DNA of 64,000 nucleotides, from the NCBI RefSeq assembly GCF_006345805.1, contig NC_043001.1:83700001-83764000 (forward strand), in the 5' to 3' direction. Below are positions 23,858-36,000 of this stretch, piece after piece. Position 1 is the first letter of the stretch, and every line of letters begins with the position of its first letter. Origin of the DNA: Octopus sinensis. Taxonomy: Eukaryota. The translations under genes were made by a program, and so were the position numbers. The notes under the pieces are model-generated. The model ran no database searches and was not told where the DNA came from. It saw only the letters and a list, made by a program, of their open reading frames with translations.

Positions 23858-26203
23858 TTTTTTTTTGCTTTACTTTTTTTTCTTTATATAGATATGATTT
23901 CTTAGTTGGAAAAATTGATCAAAACAAACGTGAAGTCCATTCAGTCAAGGTACATAACTCTAGACATAACTCTAGCCAAAGCAGAGTTATGTTTCTTGAT
24001 ACGAAGCTAATGTTTTTATCACCAGAATCACAAACACACGTATTTCAGCCTTTAGCATTTAAACCAGCCATATCAGGTCAAAAATATTCTACCTGTTTCA
24101 TGTCAAAGCCGACCGGATCGGTCTTCTTTCATCTACTGCTCAAAATTATACTAAAAATATGCTATTACATCATCGAAACTTCAACACAACGTGAATAGCA
24201 TTGTGAGTTGACAGAAACGTTAGCACGCTGGGCGAAATGCTTAGCGGTGTTTCGTTTGCTGTTACGTTCTGAGTTCGAATTCCGTCGAGGTCGACTTTGC
24301 CTTTCATCCTCTCGGGGTCGATTAAATAAGTACCAGTTACGTACTGAGGTCGATGTAATTGTTTGTCCCTTCTATGTTTAGCCCCCTGTAGGCAATAAAG
24401 AAATAAAATTACTGAGTAATCCAAATGCGTAAAGAGTTAAGGGAGATGTATAGTCAATGTGGTTCTTTTACTGTTTCAATGTCATGAACTTATCGGTCTC
24501 TCTTTTGCCGAATGTTTATGTCATGGGGACATCAACAAACCAACAACAGTTACCAATCGGTGGTGGGGTACAAACACAAAGACGTGGCTGTGTGTTAAGT
24601 AGGTTGCTTATCAACCACATGGTTCCGGGTTCAGTCCCACTGCGTGGAATCTTGGACAAGTACCTTCTACTATAGCCTCGGGAAACTGAATGAAGCCGTC
24701 GTATATATATATTTGTGTGTCTGTGTTCGTCCCCCCCCACTCTCACTTGACAACAAATGTTGGTACATTTACGTCCCTGTAACTTAGCGGTTCGGCAAAA
24801 GAGACCGATAGAATAAGTACTAGGCTTATAAAGAATAAGTCCTGGGGTCGATTTGCTCGACTAAATGCGGTACTCCAGCATGGCCGCAGTCAAATGACTG
24901 AAACAAATAAAAAATAAAAGAATATGTGAGTTTATCTCTCTCTCTCTCTCTCTCTCTCTCACGTAACCGACCACGCTATCAGATGTTGTTACACATCGCT
25001 GGTTACAATGTGCCTTTTGCTTTGTTTTAGCCTTCAAAAGATGCTATCCTGCTGGCTAGGCGAGCAGGCCAACATTCGAAAGGTGGAGTGGAGCATAGTG
25101 AAATGAAGCGCGTTGCTCAAGAACACGTCGTGCCACAGATCGTGAGTGCAACAGCCTAACCACTCCGTCACTTATTTTTAATATTAGACTGCGGCCATAC
25201 TGGGCTACCATCTTGAAGAATATTGATTTCTTTATTAACCACAGGAGGCTAAACATAGAGAGGACAAACAAGGACAACCAAAGGGATTAAGTCGATTATA
25301 TCGACCCCGGTGCCTAACTAGTACCTATTTAATTGACCCTCAAAAGGATAAAAGGCAAAATCGACCTCGGCAGAATTTGAACTGAGAACGTAACGGCAGA
25401 CGAAATACCTATTTCTTTACTACCCACAAGGGGCTAAACACAGAGAGGACAAACAAGGACAGACAGGCGGATTAAGTCGATTACATCGACCCCAGTGCCT
25501 AACTGGTACCTATTTAATCGACCCCCAAAAGGATAAAAGGAAAAATCGACCTCGGCAGAATTTGAACTCAGAACGTAACGGCAGATGATATACCGCTAAG
25601 CATGTCGCCCGGCGTGCTAACGTTTCTGCCAGCTCGCCACCTTCTTGAAGAATATTAGTCGAACGAATCGACCCCAGGGCTGATTTTTCTTTGAAGTCTA
25701 GTACTTGTTCATTTGATCTTTATTCTTTATTTTAAACCAAAATGCTACTTTACGGAGACGTAAACACACCAACACCAAACGGTTATGAGGATAAGCAGAG
25801 ACACGAACACATACAAATGACCCGCTCCTACAGTTTCCGCGTACAAAATTCATTTGCAAGACGTAAGTCTACAGTTGAAGATACTCGCTCAAAATGTCAC
25901 GCTGTGGGACTGAACCCGAAACCTTGTGGTTGTAAAGAGAGCTTTTTAACCACACTACCATGCTTGTACCAGTCTACATTGTTACAATACACCTCATATA
26001 GTGTGACAGGGTTGAACAAAACTATAGTACAGGTTACTAGCACACACAAATCTTCCTTTGATATTTATGCGAACAGGAAATGAAACGCTACTTATGTTAC
26101 CGTGCGTACTATATTACTATTAATGGCTTCAAATTTTGACACAATGCTGGGAATTTAGAAGGGGTGGGAAGTCGATTTACAGTGCTAAACTGGTACATAT
26201 TCT

Positions 26204-26765
26204 GGAAAGACTTCCGCCCGTTCCCACCCATTTTCTCCCAAATTTGTTTATTTAAATTTTTTTTTGCCAAAAAGCCCCGTTTTCGGATACGGAGGTTCCG
26301 GAAAATTGCCAAAAATTGGCATTGTGAAGATCCCCGCCCCCGCACCAACTTCTTAAATTTTGACTTTTTTCCGCAACACTAACCCGAAAACCCTAACCCT
26401 AACACCGTAACCTTAAGTACAGAAATGTTTTGAAATTTTTGTCCGAATTCTGATGTCCGTATTTTTGCGCATATTTCGAAAAGAAAAAATTCTTAAAAAA
26501 AAATTTTACAAAGATTTTTGGAAATTTATTTACAGAATCATAATCTCCGTATTTTTCCGCATATTTTAAGAAAAAAGAAATTCTGAAAAAAAGTTAAAAA
26601 TGAAGGAAATGGGGGTGGGGGTAATTTAGAAATGTCGATTTTTGCTAATTTTTTTGCAGATTCGCATTCCCCGTAGCTGAAAAGGGGAGGGGGGTTGTGT
26701 CGAAAAAAAAAAGTTTTAAAAAAGTGTTTTTTTTTTGGGGGGGGGGGCAGGCAGAAGTATTGCCC
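26204..26765. mobile_element. TIR element (MITE) with internal telomere-like repeats, inserted in a SINE
   Basis: Imperfect TIRs GGAAAGACTTCCGCCCG / CAGGCAGAAGTATTGCCC; flanking direct repeat ATATTCT (26197-26203, 26766-26772); internal AACCCTAACCCTAACACCGTAACCTTAA at about 26389-26416. Confidence 0.7.
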
Positions 26766-27346
26766 ATATTCTATCGGTATCTTTTGCTGAATCGCTAGCT
26801 TACAAGAGTGAGGGAATGCAGAAAAAAAAACCCATACAACCATACAACCATTGACCTCGGCGGCATTTGAACGTAAAACGTATAGAATTCAGAAGAAATA
26901 CCACGATGCACTTTGTCATGTGTGGTAACGATTCTGTCAACTTGCTGCCTTGTTTCGTATCACTGTTAATAAAACAGAGCACTATGTGATAGGTCGGAGG
27001 TCCTGATAAATCTATAAATTTCTCTTGAATTAAACGTCGTGGATAGATTTTCGGCAAGCGTCTTTTAAGATGTGTATTAAGACGTTTAATTCTTTTGCAT
27101 ATAAATCTCTCTCCTCCTACACACGCGCGCACACACGTACACACACACACACACACATACACACACACACATACACACACACACACACACGAATCGCCAG
27201 TAAAGTTATATAAGTGAGTCAAGAGCTGAACGTTTCGTGTATTGCACGGTGAAATGCACGGATCTCTCACCCTTGAGTCACACAATGGGAGCGAAAGAAA
27301 GGGGAAGAGAGAGAGGGAGAGAGAGAGGGAGAGGGAGAAAAAGCAA

Positions 27347-27791
27347 GGATCTTTTCGGTTTCAACGGCAGTTTTTTCTAGCGGTGTCATATGAAATTGTC
27401 ACCCATAATTATGACCCTAGTATCGATCTATTGCTTTTCAATCTGTTTTAGGGGTTAGGGTTAGAGTTAATGTTAGTTAGGGTTAGGGTTAGGGGTGGGG
27501 GGAAGGGTATCTTTTTTTCTTCAGAAATGTAAATAAACCCAATCTGCTTCTTAAACGAGGGACATATTCATACGGCACAGAATGTTTTCACCTCAATAGA
27601 CGTCATTGATTGGTTGAAATTGCAGAAATTGAAGAAAAAACAACAAATATCTTATAAACTATAGAATTTTCTCAATAAAGCCAAGAGAAAGAGATGTTTT
27701 ATAAACACATTCTACCAGTATACGGAATTTAAAAGTGTATAGTTACATGGAAATTATTTAAAAAAAACTGCCGTTCAAACCGAAAAGATCC
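27347..27791. mobile_element. TIR element (MITE) with internal (TTAGGG)n-like tract
   Basis: ~30-bp TIRs GGATCTTTTCGGTTT(C/G)AACGGCAGTTTTT with one mismatch; GGGGTTAGGGTTAGAGTTAATGTTAGTTAGGGTTAGGGTTAGGGG at about 27451-27495. Confidence 0.85.
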
Positions 27792-27947
27792 GAGAAAATA
27801 AGAGAAAGAGAGAGGAAGTAAGGAGAGAGTGCGTATGTGTGTGTGTGTGGTGCTCGTAATGTGTGTGATTATATAATTGTAATTTTTCTCAAGGGCAAAA
27901 ACTCTACAGATTTTTAAACTAAGGGAAATTACTATTCATATTTCAAA

Positions 27948-29096
27948 ATGGCTTCTACCTATAGAGACGACGACGAAGGTACTGATATATTTCGTGAAGA
28001 ATTTAAGCGATATAAGCGAAAAGAACCACCTCCCGATTTTTCAGAGGTAATTGATTTTACTAATGAGCTAATTACAAATAATAACTGTAATGTCATTCCT
28101 TTGAACCACGCAGAAACAACGAAAACTGAACCACGCCTGTTCGGCTTACGACCGGTGTACGAATGGAAAGTGTATTATTATAAAACAAATCCGGGGTTTG
28201 TGTTTATCAGTAATCCTTTCACGGCTGCTGCTCAGCGTTACTGGACTCATCGATGTCTGCATGACTATCCTTCCAAACAAAATGTTACTAATCTCGATTT
28301 TATCGAAAAGCAATGTGGGATTAATCGGCCTGACAATATCTGGACAGCCAGCGAAAATTACGAAAGCGGTAAAGCACAATGTTTTGTCGACAGTCTATCT
28401 TTCGATATGAGATTTCATATGAATAAACTTCGGTGGGTCACACTGGGTTACCATTATAACTGGAACGATAAAACGTATAGCAAAAACCAGGTGTCTACAT
28501 TTCCATTTGATCTAGAAATTTTGGCTAAATATATCGCTTCTGTGGTCGGCTTTAAGGAATATAATCCAGAGGCCGCTATAGTAAACTATTACCATATGGG
28601 ATCTACTCTAGCTGGGCACACTGATCACTCGGAGTTTGACCATGACTCACCAATTATTTCTTTCAGTTTTGGTCAGGACGCAATCTTCCTGTTAGGTGGG
28701 GTAACTAAAGCAGTAAAACCCGCAGCTTTTCATCTTCGGTCTGGTGATATTTGCATTATGGCCGGAGATTCAAGACTGTGCTATCATGCTGTACCCCGGG
28801 TGCTTCCATCAAAACATTTCGAAACTTCGTGTAATGCAAGGGTGGCTGACGAGCTCGCGGAATTAAATTCATTTGTATATCAAAACACGCCGAACTCGAG
28901 AGAAAACTCGGGACTTAGTTTGATTAACTCTACGGACTGTGATAAAATAAACAAAAAGATATTGACCACGTTGAATTCTTTACATTGGGAGAATTACGAA
29001 AACTTCTTGAAGGAGAGCAGAATAAATATTAGTGTGAGGCAAGTTTTAAAAATCGGGCAGAGTTTCCCAGATCATACAAACAGTGAAGTAAAGTAA
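27948..29096 (+). CDS. ALKBH1: Nucleic acid dioxygenase ALKBH1 (AlkB homolog 1, Fe(II)/2-oxoglutarate-dependent), single-exon ORF, 382 aa
   Basis: Uninterrupted ORF with good start context (AAAATGG). ALKBH1-typical blocks: N-terminal D.FR..FK.YK, PGF.FI.NPF...QRYW, KLRWVTLGYHYNW, EAAIVNYY, the HxD iron motif in LAGHTDHSE, PIISFSFGQ.AIFLLGG, LRSGDI.IM.G.SRL.YHAVPRV (distal His) and the 2-OG-binding RINISVRQV. Confidence 0.95.
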   Translation: MASTYRDDDEGTDIFREEFKRYKRKEPPPDFSEVIDFTNELITNNNCNVIPLNHAETTKTEPRLFGLRPVYEWKVYYYKTNPGFVFISNPFTAAAQRYWTHRCLHDYPSKQNVTNLDFIEKQCGINRPDNIWTASENYESGKAQCFVDSLSFDMRFHMNKLRWVTLGYHYNWNDKTYSKNQVSTFPFDLEILAKYIASVVGFKEYNPEAAIVNYYHMGSTLAGHTDHSEFDHDSPIISFSFGQDAIFLLGGVTKAVKPAAFHLRSGDICIMAGDSRLCYHAVPRVLPSKHFETSCNARVADELAELNSFVYQNTPNSRENSGLSLINSTDCDKINKKILTTLNSLHWENYENFLKESRINISVRQVLKIGQSFPDHTNSEVK

Positions 29097-29275
29097 CAAT
29101 AAGTTGTATGCAGGGAAACAAAATTGTGTTATACTTGATGTGTTTCCAACTGTTTGGAAGTTCGAAACCACTTTGCAGTAACTTATACACCTGCTCACGC
29201 TGTCAGGTGAAATAACACCAACTTTTTTATTTATTGTTTCCCCAATCTCAAAACACACACTACCAGCGAACAGTG

Positions 29276-29497
29276 GTCCCGGTGCGCAGTCGCGCATCCG
29301 TGCTAGCTAGTCGTAAGTAGTCGATCCTACAACGACTTTTTAATCCTAACCCTAACTCTAAACCAAATTTTTTAACCCTAACCCTAACCTTAGTTTGTTT
29401 ATAAAAATAATTTATTTACTTGAAATACAAACATATGCGCAAGTCATTGTAGGATCGACTACTTACGACTAGCTAGCGCGTGTGCGCGCACCGAGAC
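29276..29497. mobile_element. Small inverted-repeat element with (CCCTAA)n-like loop
   Basis: 37-bp arms GCTAGCTAGTCGTAAGTAGTCGATCCTACAA(C/T)GACTT (29302-29338 / 29441-29477) plus GC-rich outer arms; loop has CCTAACCCTAACTCTAA and AACCCTAACCCTAACCTTA. Confidence 0.8.
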
Positions 29498-29500
29498 ATA

Positions 29501-30212
29501 AGTAAAAAGTTCGTTATAGGAATGTATAAGATAAAGTCTTATATATAAAAAAAAAACACTACTAACTATTATAAAAATGGAGAAGAGATATTAAAAGTTC
29601 AAATTAGAATTTAATTTCCACATACGACCGGTTCAAATGGCAATACAAACATGTAAGAAAAACCATTAATTATAATAATAATAATTAAAATAGTTATGTA
29701 TTACCATTCTCGTCAGTGTAAAAAATTAAAGGATAAAAACCTCAAAAAAGGTATTGCCAAAAAAATTTAGAAGGAAAAACAAAAAGGTTATGTCGGAGAA
29801 GCTGACCCAATATTTGCAAATAAATTGTAAAAGCTTCAAAAGAAAGAGAAACAGGGACTCGAAAATACATTAACATGTCCCCGTTTCCCATCTTTTTTCC
29901 CCTTTTACAATTTATTTACAAATAACCGGTCAGCTTCTCCGACATAACCTTTTTGTTTTCCCTTCTAAATTTTTTTTGGTAATACCTTTTTTTGATGTTT
30001 TCCTTCAATTTTTTTACACTAACGAGAATGGGGATACATAACTATTTTAATTATTATTATTATTATTATCATTATTATTATTATTATTATTACGGTCATA
30101 TGTAGAAATTAAATTCTAATTTGAACTTTTAACATCTCCATTTTTATAATTATTAATAGTGTTTTTTTATATAAGATTTTATCTTATACATTCCTATAAC
30201 GAACTTTTTACT
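29501..30212. repeat. ~710-bp foldback, probably PLE-derived, with a degenerate hammerhead in each arm
   Basis: AGTAAAAAGTTCGTTATAGGAATGTATAAGATAAA... mirrored by ...TTTATCTTATACATTCCTATAACGAACTTTTTACT. Minus strand 29614-29725 reads TTTTACA-CTGACGA-GAATGGTAATAC..GTATTGCCATTT-GAAC-CGGTC-GTA-TGTGGAA. Confidence 0.8.
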
Positions 30213-31595
30213 GTTATTTTCATATTTTAATTGCTTGCTTCAGCAGGCTGTCATTTTGATATGATGAATATTTATTAGAAACATTTCTTTCCGGACCCCA
30301 ACAAAAGTTTGAATTGTTCTATTTGAACTTATTCTTTCTCACATATATACATAGGTATACATATATATATATATGAATGTATGTAAATTATATGGTTTTT
30401 ATGGGTATTTTTATATTTATAAATATATATCATCTACTGATCCAGAGATCTTTTCATGGTTATGGTGTGTTTTTATTATATATTTTCTTTTTCAGTTTAA
30501 GTACTAATATGCACACATAAATATACTTTCATTCAAGGAATGTATTTAAACTTAATACTGGCATTATGACTCGGCATTGCTGGGTCTAGTGCTAGTGCTT
30601 CTTGTTCATTTCCAGGTTGCAGTAAAAATTTCTCACTAAATCAAGAGCTAAGTTTCTTATCACATTTCAGCCTGGACCAGTTTTGTTGTTTATGAGCTTG
30701 TTGGAGCTTTTTATGAGAGCAATTAAATATTCATTGGACTTCGGTTTTCACACCTGGAATGGCATAATCATGGAAAATTAGCGGGACTGTGCACATGCCA
30801 TTAGTCAGACAAAAAAGGAGGCAGAAGAAAGTGAAAAACTTGAATTTGGCCGCAAAATAACTTATGAGCATAAGGGGTTGGTTTATCAATTTTTGTAATG
30901 GCTTTCTGTGGTGACTGGGGAAATGAAAAGATCTTCACGACCACCCTCAGTCAGTTTTGAAAGCCCAAAGAAAATGCAAGCCTTTTTACTTGAAAAATTG
31001 TGGATTTGTATAAACGACTCACAGACATTTTGCCGTTTATAGATATAGGGATTAAAGTACACACACATGTGTTTATAAATTAATACAAGTTTTAATGCAC
31101 ATACACCAGTCACATGTGATTCACTTGTATATGTAATTGGTGTATGGTGTCGACATCAGCAACTAGTTTAAATGCATAAATTTAATTCACTGATTGTAGA
31201 TATACATGTAAGTGTGGCTGTGTGGTAAGAAGCTGGTTTCCCAACTACATGGTTCCGGGTTCAGTCCCACTGTGTGGCACCTTAGGCTGACCAAAGCCTT
31301 GTGAATGGATTTGGTAGATGGAAACTGAAAGAAGCCCATCATATATATATATATAAGTTGATATATTCATGTGCGTGTGTCTGTGTTTGTCCCCCCACCT
31401 CGCTTGACAACCAATGTTGGTGTGTTTAGTCCCCATAACTTGACAGTTCAGCAAAAGAGACCGATAGAACAAGTACTAGCCTCACAAAGAATAAGTCTTG
31501 AGGTTGATTTCTGTGGCTAAAACCCTTTAAAGTGGTGCTCCAGCATGGCTGCAAGCAAATGACTGAAACCGGTTAAAGAATATATATATATATAT

Positions 31596-33070
31596 ATGCT
31601 CGATCTGTAGAAAAGGTGTAGGTAGAAACTCTATAAGATGTACCCAGTGTAAGCTATGGACACATAAGAGGTGCAGCAATGTCAAAGGTAGGCTAACTGG
31701 GAAGATAGTTTTTGTATGTGGCAGATGCTCGGGAGCATTAACCTCCGAAAATCTGCAGAAAACAACTTCCGTCACTTTCCAGGGGGAAAAACTAGAAGTA
31801 GTTGATAGCTTCCGTTATCTAGGTGACCAAGTCAGTAGTGGGGGTGGGTGCGCTGAAAGTGTAACTGCTAGAATAAGAATAGCCTGGGCAAAGTTTAGGG
31901 AGCTCTTACCTCTGCTGGTGACTAAAGGCCTCTCGCTCAGAGTAAAAGGCAGACTGTATGATGCGTGTGTACGAACAGCCATGCTACATGGCAGTGAAAC
32001 ATGGGCCGTGACTGCTGAGGACATGCGTAAGCTCGTGAGGAATGAAGCCAGTATGCTCCGATGGATGTGTAATGTCAGTGTACATACTCGACAGAGCGTT
32101 AGCACCTTGAGAGAAATGTTGTACCTAAGAAGCATCAGTTGTGGTGTGCAAGAGAGACTATTGCGCTGGTATGGTCATGTGGCGAGAATGGATGAAGATA
32201 GGTGTGTGAGAAAGTGCCAATCCCTAGCAGTTGAGGGAACCCGTGGAAGAGGTAGACCCAGGAAAACCTGGGACGAGGTGGTGAAGCACGACCTTCGAAC
32301 TTTAGGCCTCATTGAGGAAATGACCAGCGACCGAGACCTTTGGAAATATTCTGTACGTGAGAAGACCAGGCAGGACAAGTGAGTCCAGCCCACTTATGAA
32401 TGCCTTTCCTCCCTTGGACACAAAGACCTGTTGAGGCAAGCGAAGTCGATATAGAACCTCATCCGACGACAGGCACCCATGCCAACCCCCTTTGCTTGCG
32501 AAGACATGTTGGGGCAAGCGAAAGCGAAATCGAAATCGAATTGAACCAGCCAGGATCCCTGGTTGGTGGTACGTAAGAAACAATATCCGACTCGTGGCCG
32601 ATGCCAGCGCCGCCTCCACTGGCTTCCGTGCCAGTGGCACGTAAAATACACCAATCTGACCGTACGACGGGCACCCATGCCAACCCCCTTTGCTTGCGAA
32701 GACATGTTGGGGCAAGCGAAATCGAATTGAACCAGCCAGGATCCCTGGTCTGGTGGTACGTAAAAAGCACTATCCGACTCGTGGCCGATGCCAGCACCGC
32801 CTCGACTGGCTTCCGTGCCGGTGGCACATAAAATACACCAATCCGACCGTGGCCGTTGCCAGCCTCGCCTGGCACCTGTGCAGGTGGCACTTAAAAAGCA
32901 CCCACTACACTCACGGAGTGGTTGGCGTTAGGAAGGGCATCCAGCTGTAGAAACATTGCCAGATAAGACTGGAGCCTGGTGCAGCCTTCTGGCTTCCCAG
33001 ATCCCTGGTCGAACCGTCCAACCCATGCTAGCATGGAGAACGGAGGTTAAACGATGATGATGATGATGAT
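31596..33070 (+). mobile_element. 5'-truncated RTE-clade LINE: RT C-terminal region, duplicated 3'UTR and (GAT)n tail
   Basis: EKLEVVDSFRYLG, ARIRIAWAKFREL, KGRLYDACVRTAMLHGSETW, RLLRWYGHVARM, GTRGRGRPRKTW; upstream C-x2-C..W.H..C zinc-finger-like piece; ends ACGATGATGATGATGAT. Confidence 0.9.
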
Positions 33071-36000
33071 ATATATATATATATATATATATTCCAGGAG
33101 ATGATAAGTTCAAAAAAAGCCATGTCCAGCCACTTAGAATAAGGATAAGTCTAACAGGGAATAAATATTTAATCTACTGTTGTTAGTCTGACAAAATATA
33201 TTTTGCTTTGGTTATGTATCTTGATTCTAAAGAGCTATAGGCTAGGCTATATAATTTTACAATTTATTTGCAAATATTGGGTCAGCTTCTCCGACATAAT
33301 TTTGGATTAAATATTTTATGAACAAGGCCCTAAGCTTTTAATATTAGTTTCAAGTTTTGGCACAAGGCCAGCAAGTTCGTTAAGCATTTTGCCCAGTGAG
33401 TTAATGATTCCACCTGCTCACCTCTTTCCTAAGTCTTTGATATTAATGATATATAACTATTAACCTTGACTAGAAAATAGTACAGGTTCTCTGACTTTTG
33501 TTTAAGCTAGATTTGGTTCAAACCTGCCATGATTAGCATAGATATTTATGTTTTTGTTTTCCAGCCTTTTGTAGCTCACTGTCCCTTTATATAGAATTGC
33601 ATTTAACAAACTCACCTCAGCATATTTTTTTTAAAATGCAGGAATTTTGGGTTTTGATCCTATTGTGTGATACTTTCCTTGGGAGTGCTCTACTGTAGCA
33701 CTGAGTTGACCAATTCCATTTGAGGTAATTTGGGAGATGGAAACTGCAGGAGACCCTTCACATGTATGTATATATATATATATATATATATATACTCTTA
33801 CTCTTTTCTATTTTACTTGTTTCAGTCATTTGACTGCGGCCATGCTGGAGCACCGCATTTTAGTCGAGCAAATCGACCCTGGGACTTATTCTTTGTAAGC
33901 CCAGTACTTATTCTATCGGTCTCTTTTGCTAAACCGCTAAGTAACGGGGACGTAAACACACCAGCATCGGTTGTCAAGCAATGCTAGGGAACAAACACAG
34001 ACACACAAACACATACACATATATATATATACATATATACGACAGGCTTCTTTCAGTTTCCGTCTACCAAATCCACTCACAAGGCATTGGTCGGCCTGGG
34101 GCTATAACAGAAGACACTTGCCCAAGATGCCACGCAGTGGGACTGAACCCGGAACCATGTGGTTGGTTAGCAAGCTACTTACCACACAGCCAAGTCAAAC
34201 TACTCAACCTATGCCAGTATAGAGAATGACAATGATATGTATATGTCTGAATGTGTGGTGATATTTGTATTCCACAGTTGTCTGTACTCGAGTGAAGAGG
34301 TGCAGTTGTTGGCATTCCTTGTTGCCATTATGATTCTTTGTATAACTGTATGAAGACAGACATGAGTAAAATAACAAAATATCACTTATTGACTAAATAC
34401 CAGGACATTGTATGCTTCTTTTACAGAGAGTATTTTTCAACTGTGCTTTGATTTCTCAGAAATGGCTGCCGAATATTTAACAAATTACTTCATGCCATCT
34501 TAAATTAAGAAAATAAACATTGGATAATGTATTCTTATTAAAAAATGTTGGGATGGTCACAATTGTATTGCCATTGGTCATAGGTCTGTAATGTCAGAGC
34601 TGACATTACAGCCAATGAACCAACCCACAGTGTAGAAAATTACAGAAGTTATGTACGTCTATTTGATATATATGTATGTGTGTGTGAATTTTTTTTGTTT
34701 TTTTTTTGCGCCCTTTTCAAGCCTAGCCAGGCTCATGGGCCCGGTTTCCCAGTTTCTGTGGCGTATGTGTTCCCCCCAACTGGAAGAGACACCAGTCCAT
34801 TGCAGCGTTACCCAAGAAACAGGAAGAAAGTTGGGGCAAAAGGGTACAACAGGGGTCGCCACCATCTCCTGTCAGAGCCTCGCGGAGCTTTAGGTGTTTT
34901 CACTCAATAAACACACACAGCGCCCGGTTTTGGAATCGAAACCATGAGTATGCATATATATATACACACACAGACATATATATATATATATATATATATA
35001 TGTCTTATCATCATCATCATCATCAAATGAAGTTAAATGATGCTGATGATGTGTGTGTTTGTGTGTATGTATCTCTTATCTTGACATCGTGTGATAATTG
35101 TAAATGATAGTCACTGTCATACAAGCAGTGTGGTTCATTTCCAATATTCTGTGTGAACATATCTGGCAGTGGGGAAATAGTACCTTGCTTGGAAACAGGT
35201 GAGTGTTGATGACAGGAAGGGCATCTGACCACAGAAAATTTGCATCGATAAACTCCGTCCGACTCATGCAAACATGGAAAAATGAACATTAGATAATGAT
35301 GGTGACAAAGGTAATCTTAATGAAGAGATTATAATTACAAGATAAAGTTGACTGAAATAACTTTAGTCATTGAGTCAGTGTTGTCTTTCCTTCACATAAT
35401 TATTTCTAATTAGATTTTTGGATATTTATTACATAAAACATATTCCTTTCTACGCTAGGCACAGGGCCCAAAATTTTTGGGGTGGAGGCCAGTCGATTAC
35501 ATCGACCCCAGTATGCAACTGGTACTTACTTTATCGACCCCGAAAGGATGAAAGGCAAAGCTGACCTTGGTGGAATTTGAACTCAGAGCGTAAAGACAGA
35601 CGAAATGCCACTAAGCATTTTGCCCTGTGTGCTAACGTTTCTTATTTCTTTATTGCCCACAAGGGGCTAAACATAGAGGGGACAAACAAAGGGATTAAGT
35701 CGATTAGATCAACCCCAGTGCGTAACTGGTACTTAATTTATCGACTTCGAAAGGATGAAAGGCAAAGTCGGCCTTGGCGGAATTTGAACTCAGAATGTAA
35801 CGGCAGACGAAATACCACTAAGCATTTCGCCCGGTGTGCTAACGTTTCTGCCAGCTCCCTGCCTTGATTACATTAAAAATATGAAGACTCTTTTATCTTT
35901 TCCTTTTTACTTGTTTCAGTCATGAGACTGTGGCCATACTGGGGCATTACTTTGAGAAATATTTAGTCAGCTGTATCAACCCCAATATTTAATTTTTTAA

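Noticed and set aside
27451-27495. Telomere or chromosome-fusion site
   Set aside because: Only a few degenerate TTAGGG units, enclosed by TIRs of a small element.
28146-28410. Short ORFs overlapping ALKBH1
   Set aside because: Alternative-frame and antisense shadows of the real CDS.
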